64,000 nt of DNA from Hyphochytrium catenoides (taxonomy: Eukaryota; Protista; Hyphochytriomycota), in the NCBI GenBank assembly GCA_900088475.1, contig FLMG01003914.1, positions 57,025 to 121,024 on the forward strand, read 5' to 3'. The notes beneath the pieces are model-generated. The model was not told the origin of the DNA. It saw only the letters and a program-made list of their open reading frames with translations, and made no database searches. Shown here piece by piece: positions 1 through 12,300 of this stretch (position 1 is its first letter; each line of letters opens with the position of its first letter). Position numbers and translations under genes: made by a program.

Positions 1-1534
1 GGATGTCTGAACCAGGCACAGAAGGACGGACTCTGTAAGTCTCATCGCACCGCCCTAATCCGTGAAGCTTCTCGCGCTCTTTCTGCCACCGACGTCCTTC
101 CTCTGATGGACGGGAGCAAAAGGACTGCAGTTAGAGGTGAAACAGAAGAGAATGAGACATTGAAGGATAAAGTTCCAGAGCAGCAGGGAGAGACATTGTC
201 CACTGCGGCAGCCGGGAGTGAGGCACACGGAATATCGAAGCTTAAAGAAGAGAAAGCAAGCAGTGCAAAAGATAAAGACATGGAGGAACGAACGGGAGAC
301 AGACTATACATGGAGGAGGAGGGCGCCAGAGAGACAAGAGAACCGTGCTCAGTCCCTGGCTGCCTTCACCCTAGAAGCGATGGCAGTGAAGTCTGCATAA
401 GCCACCGTCTAAGAAGTGAGAAAAGAGCTAGAAGAGGCTGTGGTGCCCCTGGAGGCTGCGAGAAGCAAGCGAAGGTAAAGGGACTGTGCATGTCACATTT
501 TAAGCAGCAAAAGCGAGAGAAACGAGCGGCCCAGCGCCTCTCACGAAGCTCACAGCAAAAACTAGAAGCGACAGCAAACGCGAAAGAAGGCAGAGGAAAG
601 GACGAGAGTGAGGTCANNNNNNNNNNNNNNNNNNNNNNNNNNNNNNNNNNNNNNNNNNNNNNNNNNNNNNNGCGGCAAAAAGAAGATCAAGAAGTTTTGC
701 ACCGCTCCTGAAGGGTGCAATCGGCAAGTACACAGTCAAGGGCTGTGCCAGTCTCACAAGGCGGCATTGAAGAGACAAATAGTGCCTCCCACTAGACCGC
801 AACAATTAGGGTTTCCAATCCAGAGAAAGAGTGACACCGTAAGAGACGAGACCAAACAGAAGCGGAAGAGAGGGATATGCCGGGCTCCTGGCGGTTGTGG
901 GACATTCGCGAAAGTCAAGGGCTTTTGTCGGGCACATCACACCTTCTTCATCAAGACCCAAGGCTATCTTCCTGAGACTACATGGCCCGCAAAAGTAAAA
1001 GGAGAGAAGGAGATGGGTCAACCAGTTCAGAGGGTCCTACCGGAGAACAAGAAAGCGATGGCAGAACAACTGGCCTGCTCAGCTCCTGGCTGCTCTGGCC
1101 AAGCTCTAGCTTCTGGGACCCTCTGCGGGCCTCACAAGAGAGGGATCAAGAAGATCAAAAGGAAATGTCAGCATCATAACGGATGTGAGAAGCAAGCTCA
1201 AAGGCGAGGACTCTGCCTTCGGCACTTTAGAAGCTTCCAGGAAACGAGTGAGACCACTCGTCTGGGGACGGAGGAGCGTTGCTCCTTTTCCCTCTGTAAA
1301 GAAAGAGCAATGTTGGAAGGCCGCTGTTCAAGGCACAGTTCTGAACCCGTTGTGACGGCAAAGCCCAGTGAAGACAGCAGGTATAAAGCGACCTCAAGAG
1401 TTGGTTCATCTAGACCGCAGAAGACCGTGCAAGGTACCGCCGTTGAGCCAGGAACCGGCCACTCCTCTGGTTATGGTTCTGAAGACTCTGAATGGGAGAT
1501 CGTCGCTTTTGCCGCAAGACCAGCGAAGCGCTAA
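1..1534 (+). CDS. Protein with repeated C-x4/5-C-x10/11-C-x2-H modules ('WRKY19-like' Cys/His repeats); 5' partial, interrupted by an assembly gap
   Basis: Frame 1 is open from base 1 (GCLNQAQKDGLCKSH) and continues after the N gap (617-671) in frame 2 to TAA at 1534. There are eight repeats, e.g. CGAPGGCEKQAKVKGLCMSH, CTAPEGCNRQVHSQGLCQSH, CQHHNGCEKQAQRRGLCLRH, separated by basic or charged linkers. No WRKY domain is visible. Confidence 0.8.
617..671. other. Assembly gap (N run)
   Basis: Run of N. Confidence 1.
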
Positions 1535-3105
1535 CAGGATCGCCCACACCGTCATCAATGTCTATCATAGGCCCCAAGGCTGGTAAGAGACCTTGTACGT
1601 GAAGTAGAGAACTAGCTCTCCTCTCTTTGTTCTCCATTGCGGCCAGGTCCTTCTTCGTCTCTTCTGCGATAGCGTTGATAGGAGGACTATGAAGGAGGGA
1701 AGAGACATCTTTGCAGGTTAAAGAGTAGGTTCACCTATTAGTCAACAGCGTAATATGGATAAGTCTAATGAAGCTTCGAAGAGGGCAATGGCATCTATAG
1801 GAAGGATTAGACGCAGATCTGTCCTGCAGAGACACAGGTCTTCACTCCGCTGTGCTATCCGGCAAGCAGCGGGAAAGATAAAGAAGCATAAAGTGGAAGA
1901 CAGGCAGTACCGATTGCTAGAGGAATCGCAGGCTCGGAGAATGGGTGGACTCAGCAAGGCAGGCAAAAAGAAAGACGAGCAAGTGGCTGTGTGTGACTAG
2001 CGGTAGTCTTCTCCCAGAGTTGGAGAAGAAGACGTGATTCCAGGGCCAACATCATACGGCTCACTGTGTGCTGTCATACCAACGATCACTGTGTCTGGTT
2101 GGCCTGTGTGTCTCAGGGGCAGTAGAGTGGGCTCATCCATGCCCTAGCAGATGTGGATTGTGACTCTCAGCTGCCCTGTAGCAGCGCACAGACAGCGACG
2201 GAGAAGAGGGCGGATCACGAGGGTGGAAGACTCGACTATGTGATCTCAGAGATATATCAGCAGCATCCCAAGGGAGCAGCTCTGAGAGTGCTAGACTGGA
2301 GGCAAAATCCTGGATGCTGCATGGGCACGCATAGCTGATGCAGTAGGTGTCCCCAGGAGACTGTTAGTGCTTGCGACGCCTCGTACGGCAAGCTTCGGAC
2401 CTGAAGACGGGAGACTAAGGACTGACACCCTAGTGTTTGCCAATCTAAGAAACAAGGTGCTAGCTATTGCTTCGGCTCTGCTGCACCATGATACTTCGCC
2501 TGAGGCCGCGGCGTCGAGTGTCTAGTATAGTTGCACGCTAATGACGACGGTAGGCAAACTTTCTAGTACCAGAGACCTGTCCGACTGCAGCCTCACCTTC
2601 ATCCTCTTTCGTTCCTCTGCTGCCATACCGTCCAGCTCCACGTCCAAGCTCTCAATTGATGAGCTCACTCCTCATCCCGAGCTCATGACGGCCGCTAACG
2701 GCGCTGGGTTCCCGCCAAAACTGCGAAATTGCGAAAGAATTGTTAGTCTTCCGCTACAGCAAGGGAAGAGATGCAGATGCCTTTGGAGACGGAGCAGGTT
2801 GGGTCTCCCCGCCGGCATTGGCCCTTGAGAACTCCGTCATTGAAGAAGATGAGACAGTCTGGAGTTTCATAGACGGAGTTGGCATAACCTGGGGCTTAGC
2901 ATTATAGAGCATGCCTGTCAGTGACTGGCCTTAAAGCCAAACATCAAGGCTGTAGACGTGAAGGCCTATCATCGTTCAGACTACCTCGCTTCGGGAGCTC
3001 ATATGGTCATCTACTATGTAAGCACAACGAAGGTTTTTTGGCGGACTCCGACGACGTCAAAAGGGCGAGACTTAGAAAGAGGCATTTCTTATGAGCTGAG
3101 GAGCT

Positions 3106-5416
3106 ATGCCTCTGCTTAGAGCCTTTCAAGGGCTAGACGGTGGACTCCTGGAAGCTTTGGAGAAGGCGACACCTCCTGTGACTACCGGTTAGCTACTTGT
3201 TTGAACTGCAGTGCCATAGTGTCAACTCATTCCGATCTCCTCTGGGTTGTCTAGCTGAGCAGCTATTAACCAGAGACGCTCGCCAAATCCTCGGAGAGAT
3301 CAATGCCTATAAAGAAGCCTTGGCCGAGGGTAGCACCGCAGAAATAAGAACTCCTGCTTGTGCGAATCACATTCTCTACTCTATGGAGGACCTTCTATCC
3401 CTCATCGGGCAGGTGGCTGCACGCGTAGCGCCGGAGATGGTGACAGGGCTTGAGGTAGCTCTTCAAAGCGAAAGGCAAACGCTCTACATATCAACCGGTT
3501 CTATGAGGTAAATGTCCGATCGTAAAGTACGCGACTGATCAAACAGCACTTCCAAGCCGTCCTTACCTTCGTTTCTGCCTCTGACTGACTAGAGTGGACG
3601 AGCTGCTGGTTCGAGGCCTTGCTACGAAAGAGGTGACCGAGATCATTGGGCCCAGCCCCTCCGGAAAGACACAGGTGTGGACCAAACTAAAGCCGGAGGA
3701 GCTCTATACTGAGGGTACTATTTGTGTCCCTCTGTCTTGCTTCCCTTTGGATCCCTTTCTCCTTTCTCTAGCTCTGTGTTACGGCGGCTATTAATGCTGC
3801 TAGACAAGGGATGTCAGTCCTCTACCTTTGCGCTTCTCCTTTGGCGCTGAGCCGCAGAATGGTGGCCGTTGCAACGTCCAGGTATCCTCAGGTAGAGTGC
3901 ATAGCTGGCAGAGTGACCGCTAATTTCTACTTTAGATCAACTCCATGTCCGCATTTCTTCTCTTCTCTTGCACTGCTTTCTAATCCAGACGTCCAATGAA
4001 TGTCAGTAGATGCTAACACCCCGTATATGGCCAGGCAACAGAGACACAGCTCAAAGAAATTTTCTCTAGAATATCGCTGCAGCATGTTGGCTCAGTCTAT
4101 GACCTCATGGGAGTCCTAGAAAAGACTGAAACCTCCATTGCAAGGAGCGGTCAGCAGGTAATGGCCAGGCTCGGCGATAACAGCGTTGGCGGAAATGCCG
4201 TACTCTGATCTGCCTCCGTCGCCCCATCCGCTCGGACCTCTTCGCACCGTGTCCTTCCTTTCTCTGAGTTGGAACAATCAAATCGCTGCTTAGCACTTCA
4301 TACATTCTTTCCATGTGTCCTCCCCCTGAGGGCTAACGGCCTTTGCTGTTTACAGCCAGGCCAGGATGATGAATTTTTCGCATCTCTGCAGCTTCTCATT
4401 GTCGATCCTATTACCTTGCTATTGGTGGATCCGCTAAGTGGAGGCAGAGAGCATAAGACTTACGGTCAGTACACGGCAGGTCTTCTGGTCCCTTATAAAT
4501 TGACCTGTGTCTTTCTATGCTGACGTGGGATCGCCCTAAAGTTTCCTGGACTCCTATTCTCCCTCTTTGTCCACCTGGATTGCTTGCCTAGATCCCCTTC
4601 TGTGTGCGGTGACTGCGTAAGCAGAAGTAACGGGTGGTTGACTCATTGCTGTCATCCGCATAGGTAAAGGACTGATGCACAGTCTTGCGACTACCCTACG
4701 AAGACTGGCGGCTTTTTACTACATCGCAGTGCTTGTAAGAAGCTTTCCTTTCGTTCGTGCCCCTTCTTTCTTATGACATCAACCTCCCCTCTCATTGAAC
4801 CGCGCAGGTGACAAATAACACTGTTCTAGATAGAGAGATGAAAACTGTCAAACCCGCCCTAGGAAAAGGTTGGTCGCAGGTTGCTCACCTGCAGGTAGGG
4901 CCTCTCATAGCTTATGCCATAGGAGCTGAGTGATGATCAGCGGAGACTCCTTTTCATTATTTAAGGGCCCTCTTGTTCTCTTGTCAGCTCTTTTTACATA
5001 GCGACATCCACGGTGATCAGGGACAAGACAGACTGAGGTAATAGACAAAGTGAACTTCTTCCTGCTTTTTGCACTCGTTTAACGGGGTCCCGCAGCATTG
5101 ACCCACTGACTTCACTACCCATGGGAACAGAAGAGAGAGTAGCAGAACTTTTGAGGTCCAATCGGCAGGTAGGTCGGATCAGGCTTACTACCTAGCGCTG
5201 CGAGCGCTGAATGGATGGGGAGAAAGTGGCTATGTAGTGTAGAAAGTGGGAAGACTATTGTCAAGCTATGGAATAGGACAAAAGGGAATCTTTTACATTA
5301 TACCAAGAAGAAAACTAAAACGGGACTTCCCTTTCTGTCAGCGAGGTGAAAGGACAAAGGCCCCCTTTCGCATAGGCAAGTCAGGACTTCTGGACATCGA
5401 TGGGGAGGAGCGCTAG
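3106..5416 (+). CDS. RAD51D: RAD51 paralog D (multi-exon)
   Basis: The spliced model reads MPLLRAFQGLDGGLLEALEK... ISTGSMRVDELLVRGLATKEVTEIIGPSPSGKTQ (Walker A) ... LQLLIVDP (Walker B) ... VTNNTV ... KPALGKGWSQVAHLQ ... RVAELLRSNRQ ... FRIGKSGL, stop TAG 5414-5416. The KPALG-x2-W and L-x-S-x-RQ motifs are typical of RAD51D. Confidence 0.85.
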
Positions 5417-6341
5417 GAGAGAGGCTGGAATATAGGCTAGGAGGGGTCTAAGGTCACGATTGTCGAACATTATTCACATCTCCTATACTGAAGCAGCACA
5501 GTCTTGCTTTTACTGGCCCTATCATAGCCCTAGAATGACACCCAGGTTGACTCCTTCCTGACCTTGCTCCGTGCGTTGTCCGCTACTAGAGCCCATGTGT
5601 TCCCTGGAACATAACAAATGATCTTGGTGACTGGTGCAATATCACGCAGACATCTGCCAGCTTCTCTAAGCGAAGGGAAGGCCCCAGACACCTTGACTAC
5701 CATGCGTGGTAAGAGGCTATATCCAGAGATCGAAGAAGGCGCGTGCGCTGAACGCGCCGTCAGGATCTGCTTTGTTTCTCTTCAGCATTTGCCTCCCAAA
5801 GATCCGTTACAGAGCCCCTAAGATCTGCTACTGATTATCACACGGACTGATAATCAAATTGACCTCTGTCAGAACCCTTTCCTATGGGCGGAATATGATT
5901 GAGTAGCTATTGTCCTTCTCAAGTGTCATTCCCGCTGTCATGCGGTTTATTATTGGGGCAGCGTAGGTCAGGTCTGAAAGCTGATGGATCGATCGTGACC
6001 TTGGGCTGTCTGACCGCCGCAGCTCTGACAACAGACATGAGCGCCTTCGAAGTCTGAAGACTCAGACAGAGAGCCTTTGAGGCCTAACCGAGCAAAACGA
6101 CAGAGACGTAGACAGAGAGTGAGGGTGATGAAGGTAGAGAGACGATGAGACGATAAGGAGACACAGAGAGAAAGGCAGAGCAAAGTTGTTCGCATCCATT
6201 CTGGGGTTTGTCTTCGTCGACGCCAGGAACGTCTCGAAAAGTAATTTTATACTGAGTCTTCTGCTCTGGAAGCGCTGCCTGCACAAGCGCCTATGAAATA
6301 GACTGAGCATAGCAATAAGTGAAGATAAGCCTGAGGTCGGG

Positions 6342-9300
6342 ATGTGGAGACGAGTGTCTGTTCGGGCCGTTGGCGAGGCGCGTGGAAGGTCGCGACGTCA
6401 GGCGGTGCACCTCTTTCGGCCAATCGTCGTCCTCCCGAGCATAAAAAGGAAAAGAGACAAAGAGTACCCTGCAGTGCAGCTTATAAGTGGCTTCAGCACG
6501 CTGGGTGAGGTGAATGCCGAAGGCAGCTATGGACTCCCGTACGGCGGGCTTAGTGACGAAGAGAGGCTGCGGCTTCAGGAGGAGGAGAGGCGAGTTATGT
6601 TGCTGATTCGCGCGTTCAAGCAGGTATTATGAGGCTAAAGAACACGGGAAAAGAACGGAGAGTGGAGATAATAGGAGGACAAGGGCTGTATGGCTTTCTC
6701 TTCAAGGAAGCTTTCAGTTGAGGAGAAAGCTAGCTAAGCACTCGCACAAGGGAGGCAGAGAGCGACAGGAGACAGAAAAAGAAGAGGCAGATGGAGGGAG
6801 AGACTCTCCTGAAAGATCAATAAGGCTAGAGGGGTGGGAGACGCATTTATGGCGGGGGCCAGCTTAAGGTCAGTCCAAGATGTTCTAACTTTTTGCCGCA
6901 GCATGGCCATCTCGTGGCTGATTTGGATCCGCTCCGTATCCGTAAGTACGATAAAGAGTAGTAGAGGAGAGGATGCAAAGCTTGGAGACAGGAAAGAGAA
7001 GCACGCCCGCCACGTAGTCAGAAGGGCGGGGCGGTTGTCCAGTTTCAGCAGGAAGGGGAGGCGAGGAAATGGAACAATCTCTGCTGTTAGTTATGGTTTC
7101 TCTTTCCTTCTCTTTCCTTTCGCGTTCAACAGTTCACTTTTCTTATCGTTCTCAACCTCTGTGGCGCTACAACCCTGTTGACGGACTTCCACAGACGAGA
7201 TTGCACCGCGTTTGCACCAGTGGCGGACTGGGGAGAGATGGCTCCAAAACCCAGAGATAGATAGCATTCCGTTGAGAGCGTTCACGCAGGCGAACCGCAT
7301 AGACCCTCGAGTTCACGGTAAGATCATAGCACCGTTGCTGTACTTCTCCCGCCTTTCTATCATCAAGGCTTCGGCTCTTCCTGAAGCCCAGTTGTAGGTG
7401 TTTGCCTCTTAGGAGGATAGGTATCTTCTCCCTCTCTCTCCCTCTTTCCCCCTCTCTCGTGCTTTCCTTTCTGGTGCTCTTTCTTTGTGTGTGTCTCTCT
7501 CCATACACTTCATCCGGCGTAAGGGAGTCAGCACCACCCCTACCTCTCGCCGTCCTTCCCTCCCCGTTCCCCTCCTGAGCCAGCTGCTTGTAAGACAACT
7601 GATCCTCCCTTCAGGATTCACGACTGCAGATTTGAAGAAGAGCTTTTTTATTGGGGACGACCTTCGGATTGGGCCGGTAGCCACCTTAGAGAATGTAGGT
7701 TGATTATATCTACAAATAGAAGCGCTGAAAGTGAAAAATGGGAGGTGTCAGCTCTCACTGGGTCACACCGAGGAAACTTAGGCTACGAAGGACGAAAGGC
7801 TTGTGGTTATAGGCACCCCGACTGGCTACTAAAGCTAAGAGTGAACACCAGTTTGGCAATGCCTTACTTCTGCCGCTCTGACATCTCTCCCCACTCTAAT
7901 TCTTCTTTCCGGTCCGTCCAAGATTCTGGAAGAGCTGCAGCATATGTTTTGCGGAAAGATTGGGCTGGAATATCACCACTTGGCAGACCAAGAGCGAGAG
8001 TCTTTCGTTCAGGAGCTGCTCCAAAGGGCTACGGTAGGATTGAATGAGTGTATCGACGAGGCCGGAGCACAGCATCACAGAGGAAAAGATTATCTAGGGG
8101 AGGAAGTGCAGATGGACGACTAGAAAGGACCAAGGAGGTATTACCGATAGTATCCTGGCGCTCAGTCTACTTTCTCCTCAACTCCTGACAGGAAGCTCAG
8201 TTATCGGCTGAGGAGAAGCGGGATGTCTATCGTTCTCTCATTAGGGCAGAGATGTTTGAGAGATACCTGGGAAGACGGTAAGCAGCGTAATCGATCTCCT
8301 TCACCATATATATCGTCAGTTCGTCTGCTTACTTGTGGGCTCGTACGTCTTCTAGCTACTCAGGTGCCAAGCGCTTCTCCCTGGAGGGAGCCGAAGCACT
8401 AATCCCAGGGCTTGTCCATGCGCTGCGCCACGCTTCTGCATTGGGAGTCGACGCTGTCCACATCGGCATGGCTCATAGAGGTCAGCACGAGATCCTCCAT
8501 GTGCTTTGAAGGCTTATGCGCGATAGAGAGACAGATTGGGAGAGCAAGATTAGAGAGGGACGGTAGCCCACACTTATATCGTTGCCCCGTTGCAGGCCGT
8601 CTAAACGTGCTGGCCAATGTCCTGGAGAAACGACTCGCCCTAATAATGAGCCAATTCCAAGCTTACCTTCCGGACTCACCAGATTATCCCAACAACTCGG
8701 ATGACGTGCGCTATCACCTCGGCACCACTGTGCGGAAGTTTATGGAGAACACCAACAGAGTTATGGAGGTGACGGACAGTTTCTAGCCTTCAGTAGGTTC
8801 TGTTTTAGTCTCTTTTTTTATACGGCCAAAGCTCTTCGTGAGAAGAGGTTGAGTTTAGCATACCTGACTCCTTGTCTGCCCTTGGCTTTCATAGAACTAT
8901 TTATGTTTGGCTTCTCTCCATCGCAGCGTTGACTTCGGTCTGGTGGTGCCTCCTTCTGGAGGAAAGGTTGCTTTGGTACAACTCACTCTCTTTTCTCTTT
9001 TCGGACAGATCTGTCTCGCCTCTAATCCTTCACATCTGGAAGCGGTGAACTCGGTGGTCCTGGGACAAGTTCGGGCAGCGCAGTTCAAAAGAGGTATCTC
9101 TTACCGCCTGAGTAAAATCAATCCGTCACGACGACTCTTCACACTCCTCTTCCCGCCTCGCTGATCTTCAACTCACCTTTTGTCTTGCCTCTCTTTTCGA
9201 TCTGTTGCGCGCAGGCAATGAGCGCACAGTGATGCCTCTACTTCTGCATGGTGATGCCGCGATGTATCAAGGATCAGTAAGGTGAGATTTGGAAGGTGAA

Positions 9301-12300
9301 CCGTCAATCAACTAGTAGGGAGAAAGAGAGTTCATAGCCGTTGCCAGCCAAAGATGGTAGGCGGCAAAGAGAAGAAGCCGAGCAAGACGCCTCCTGCAGA
9401 GAGAGATAGCGGCGTAACCCAACAACTTCGGTTAGTGGGTGAGAATAAGGACAGAATTTTCGACACCGCTCTTATAGGCGAGGAAGCTAATAAGACCAAA
9501 CGCTTCTTTGCTCCCTCTAGAGAGGCATTTGGCCTTGAGACTCTGAAAGACTATCGCGTAGGTGGCACTGTCCATGTGATCATTAATAACCAGATCGGCT
9601 TCACGACCCTACCGAAAAACGCGGACTCTGCGGTCTACTGCAGGTCACTCTCACTCTATCTCACTTTTCGTTTTGCGATCTACCATCGTACTGTTGATCT
9701 GCTTCACAAATTCTGGTCGAAGACCACAGCTATCTCTATGTTCAAACTTCTCCCAGCTCTTGGGCCAAATAGTTACGTCTTTCCTTCCTCTCCACGGGCT
9801 ATTACCCAGCTTGATAGTTCATATAGCGTTCCGGAGTTTGGCCTGGAACAGTTTGCTCTCCTCTCTCCTGTTCGTACTGGTTCTTGAGAAACCCCTTTAA
9901 CTCCTTGTCTTGCTCGCTTCTCACAGTGATGTAGCAAAGATCACCCAATGCCCCGTGTTCCATGTGAACGGAGATGATCCCCGGGCGGTGATAGAGGTGC
10001 TGAAAGGAGCGGTGGAGTATCGCCAGAAGTTCAATAGAGACGTTGTCGTTGACCTCATTTGTTACCGAAGACATGGTCACAACGAGCAGGTCCTCCTTCT
10101 TGGTTCCGATAACTCCTTTAGTCTCCGTTCCAATCCGCTGCTCCTGTCATGGCTTCTATGCGAATATGCTTTCTTCCCACTCTCCCTTTCCCTGGTCTCC
10201 TCTCCCGGCTTACTTCCTGTTGGCTCCTTCATTTCTACAGGATTCTCCAGAGATTACGGCCCCTAAGATGTACTACCTTATCCGCCAGCACCCAACTCTA
10301 CCGACTCTGTTTGGGAGACAGCTGGAGAAGGAGGGGGTCATGACGAAGGAGGAGAGAGACCGTGTCGCTAAGGAGTTCAAGGCTGAGCTGCAGTAAGCAC
10401 TAGCATGAACCCAAACATTCGCTCTCAAGATCTTGATGCTCCTAAAGTTCTTGCCTCTAATTGGTTTGTCTTTGTTAAATTTGGATGATGGGCCATGTCG
10501 CAAAGTATACTTTGGCTCCGTCCGTCACTTATCTCCACTTCGCATCGTTCTAAGATTTACCTAGAACAGTAGCTAGTTTCGGAAGGTACTCTGCATATGC
10601 TCTCCCTTACTTCTGTTCCTCTCTTTTTCCCCTTGCTCTCATGTATATGTCCATTAGGAGCGAGCATGATTACTCTACGGTAAACCCTACAGGCTGGGAC
10701 ACCCCAGCTGACAGACCCTGGGATGTGGCTAATCCATCAGATTCAGCTATGAGGTACATTTAATGCCTAGGGCATCCGTCTTGTCCTCGAAGCACTCCCT
10801 CTGCTCTCTCTATCCTAAACTGTCCCAAACTCTGTTGCTGATGCCATGACAATTGGCTGGCATTTGAGGTATATGTGCTATATGTATACCCCTCGATAAT
10901 ATTTCAGAAGTACAAAGCTGTCCCTCTTCCATTCTATTGTCGGCTGTGCTAGATTGGACAGTGTCTCCATTGTCTCATTTACTATGATCGCTGTGATTTG
11001 CCCTCTACTGCCAACCATCCCTACACAGCGCGTTAACTCATCCTATGCCGTCCCCTGCATCATTCCTTAACAATTTTTGGCAAATGCAGATGGTATCCAG
11101 AGACATTAGCTGACGAAGAAAGCGAAGGAGAAGACGAAGAAGAGGAGAAGAGCGAGGTGAAAGTCTTGGGAGGGGAGCAGAGGGTTGTCACAGGTGTCAC
11201 AAAGAGGACACTGGAGAAGCTGGGACGGCTAATCTTTGCCATGGCTCCAGAAATGAATCTTCACCCTAAGGTCGCACTTGCCTATCTCCTCGATGTTCGA
11301 AGGTGTTCCCTTTCGCAATTGGTGTTGCCTCTTCCGCCGCTTTGCCTATCTGTCTTCCTCTTTTGGGGCCTTAAGTGATCTTGCGCAGGTAGAGGCGATC
11401 ATGAATAATCGGTTAAGAGCCGTAGACGTGGGCACTAAGATGGACTGGGGCACTGCAGAAGCACTTTGTTGGGCATCTCTCCTGTTAGAAGGTAAGGATT
11501 AGAAAGTGCCTCCTTGAAAAGAAATGGGGGAGAAAGAAGGAGGGAGACGCAGCTGGATGACCAAAAGAAATAAGGAACAAATGCTAGAAGGTCTAGAATG
11601 GTTCTCCTGATGCTATACTTTTGGTAGGCGTTGATGTCAGGATCAGTGGTCAAGACTGTGAGAGAGGAACCTTTAACCAGGTAAGCAGTTTGCGGCTGGT
11701 TGGGATGAAAAAAGAGACCTGTGACTCTCCATTCATCTCTATGACTCATCACCTCTTTCGTGCTTCTTCTTCCACTTCCTATTTGCTCTGTAGCGCCACG
11801 CTGTTTTGTACAGCCAGTATACCGACAGTGAGGGTCTAAATGCCCCTCCCCGGGAATTGATGCCACTCAGTCTCATCTCCAATGAGAATCATGACGAAGA
11901 TGTAGAGAGAACCTTTGGGTAAGCAGGAACATGTAGAATAGAAGTCGGTAAAGAGAGACAGGGAAAGTAAATGAGAGGAGGCTCCGGCCATAAGAGAGAC
12001 GGAGATCGTGGAAGTGGGAGGAAGACGTAGTGATCACGCATTATGACGTTTTCTTGAAGAAGATAGGGGACTCTGCAAAGTGATAAAATGCGTGCCTTTC
12101 CTCCTATCAGTCATAGTCTCCGTCCGGTCTAGTCTGGCCTTGCATAAACTCATTCTTCCTTCTTTGCTAGGGTGCCGGCTGACCGGCGGGGCCGCGTCTC
12201 CATCTGCAACAGTCCACTTAGTGAGGAAGCTGTCCTTGCCTTTGAGTACGGCTACAGCTCCAGGAGGTAAACCCTCATGCGCCTCGGTCAAACTATCCCT

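Noticed and set aside
1755-2700. Short ORFs and a possible minus-strand first exon (MAAEERKRMK|GTGAGG, ATG at 2626)
   Set aside because: No convincing downstream exons or recognisable product could be assembled.
5832-5856. 9-bp inverted repeat TGATTATCA-N7-TGATAATCA upstream of the E1 gene
   Set aside because: A single short AT-rich palindrome is compatible with chance in 64 kb.
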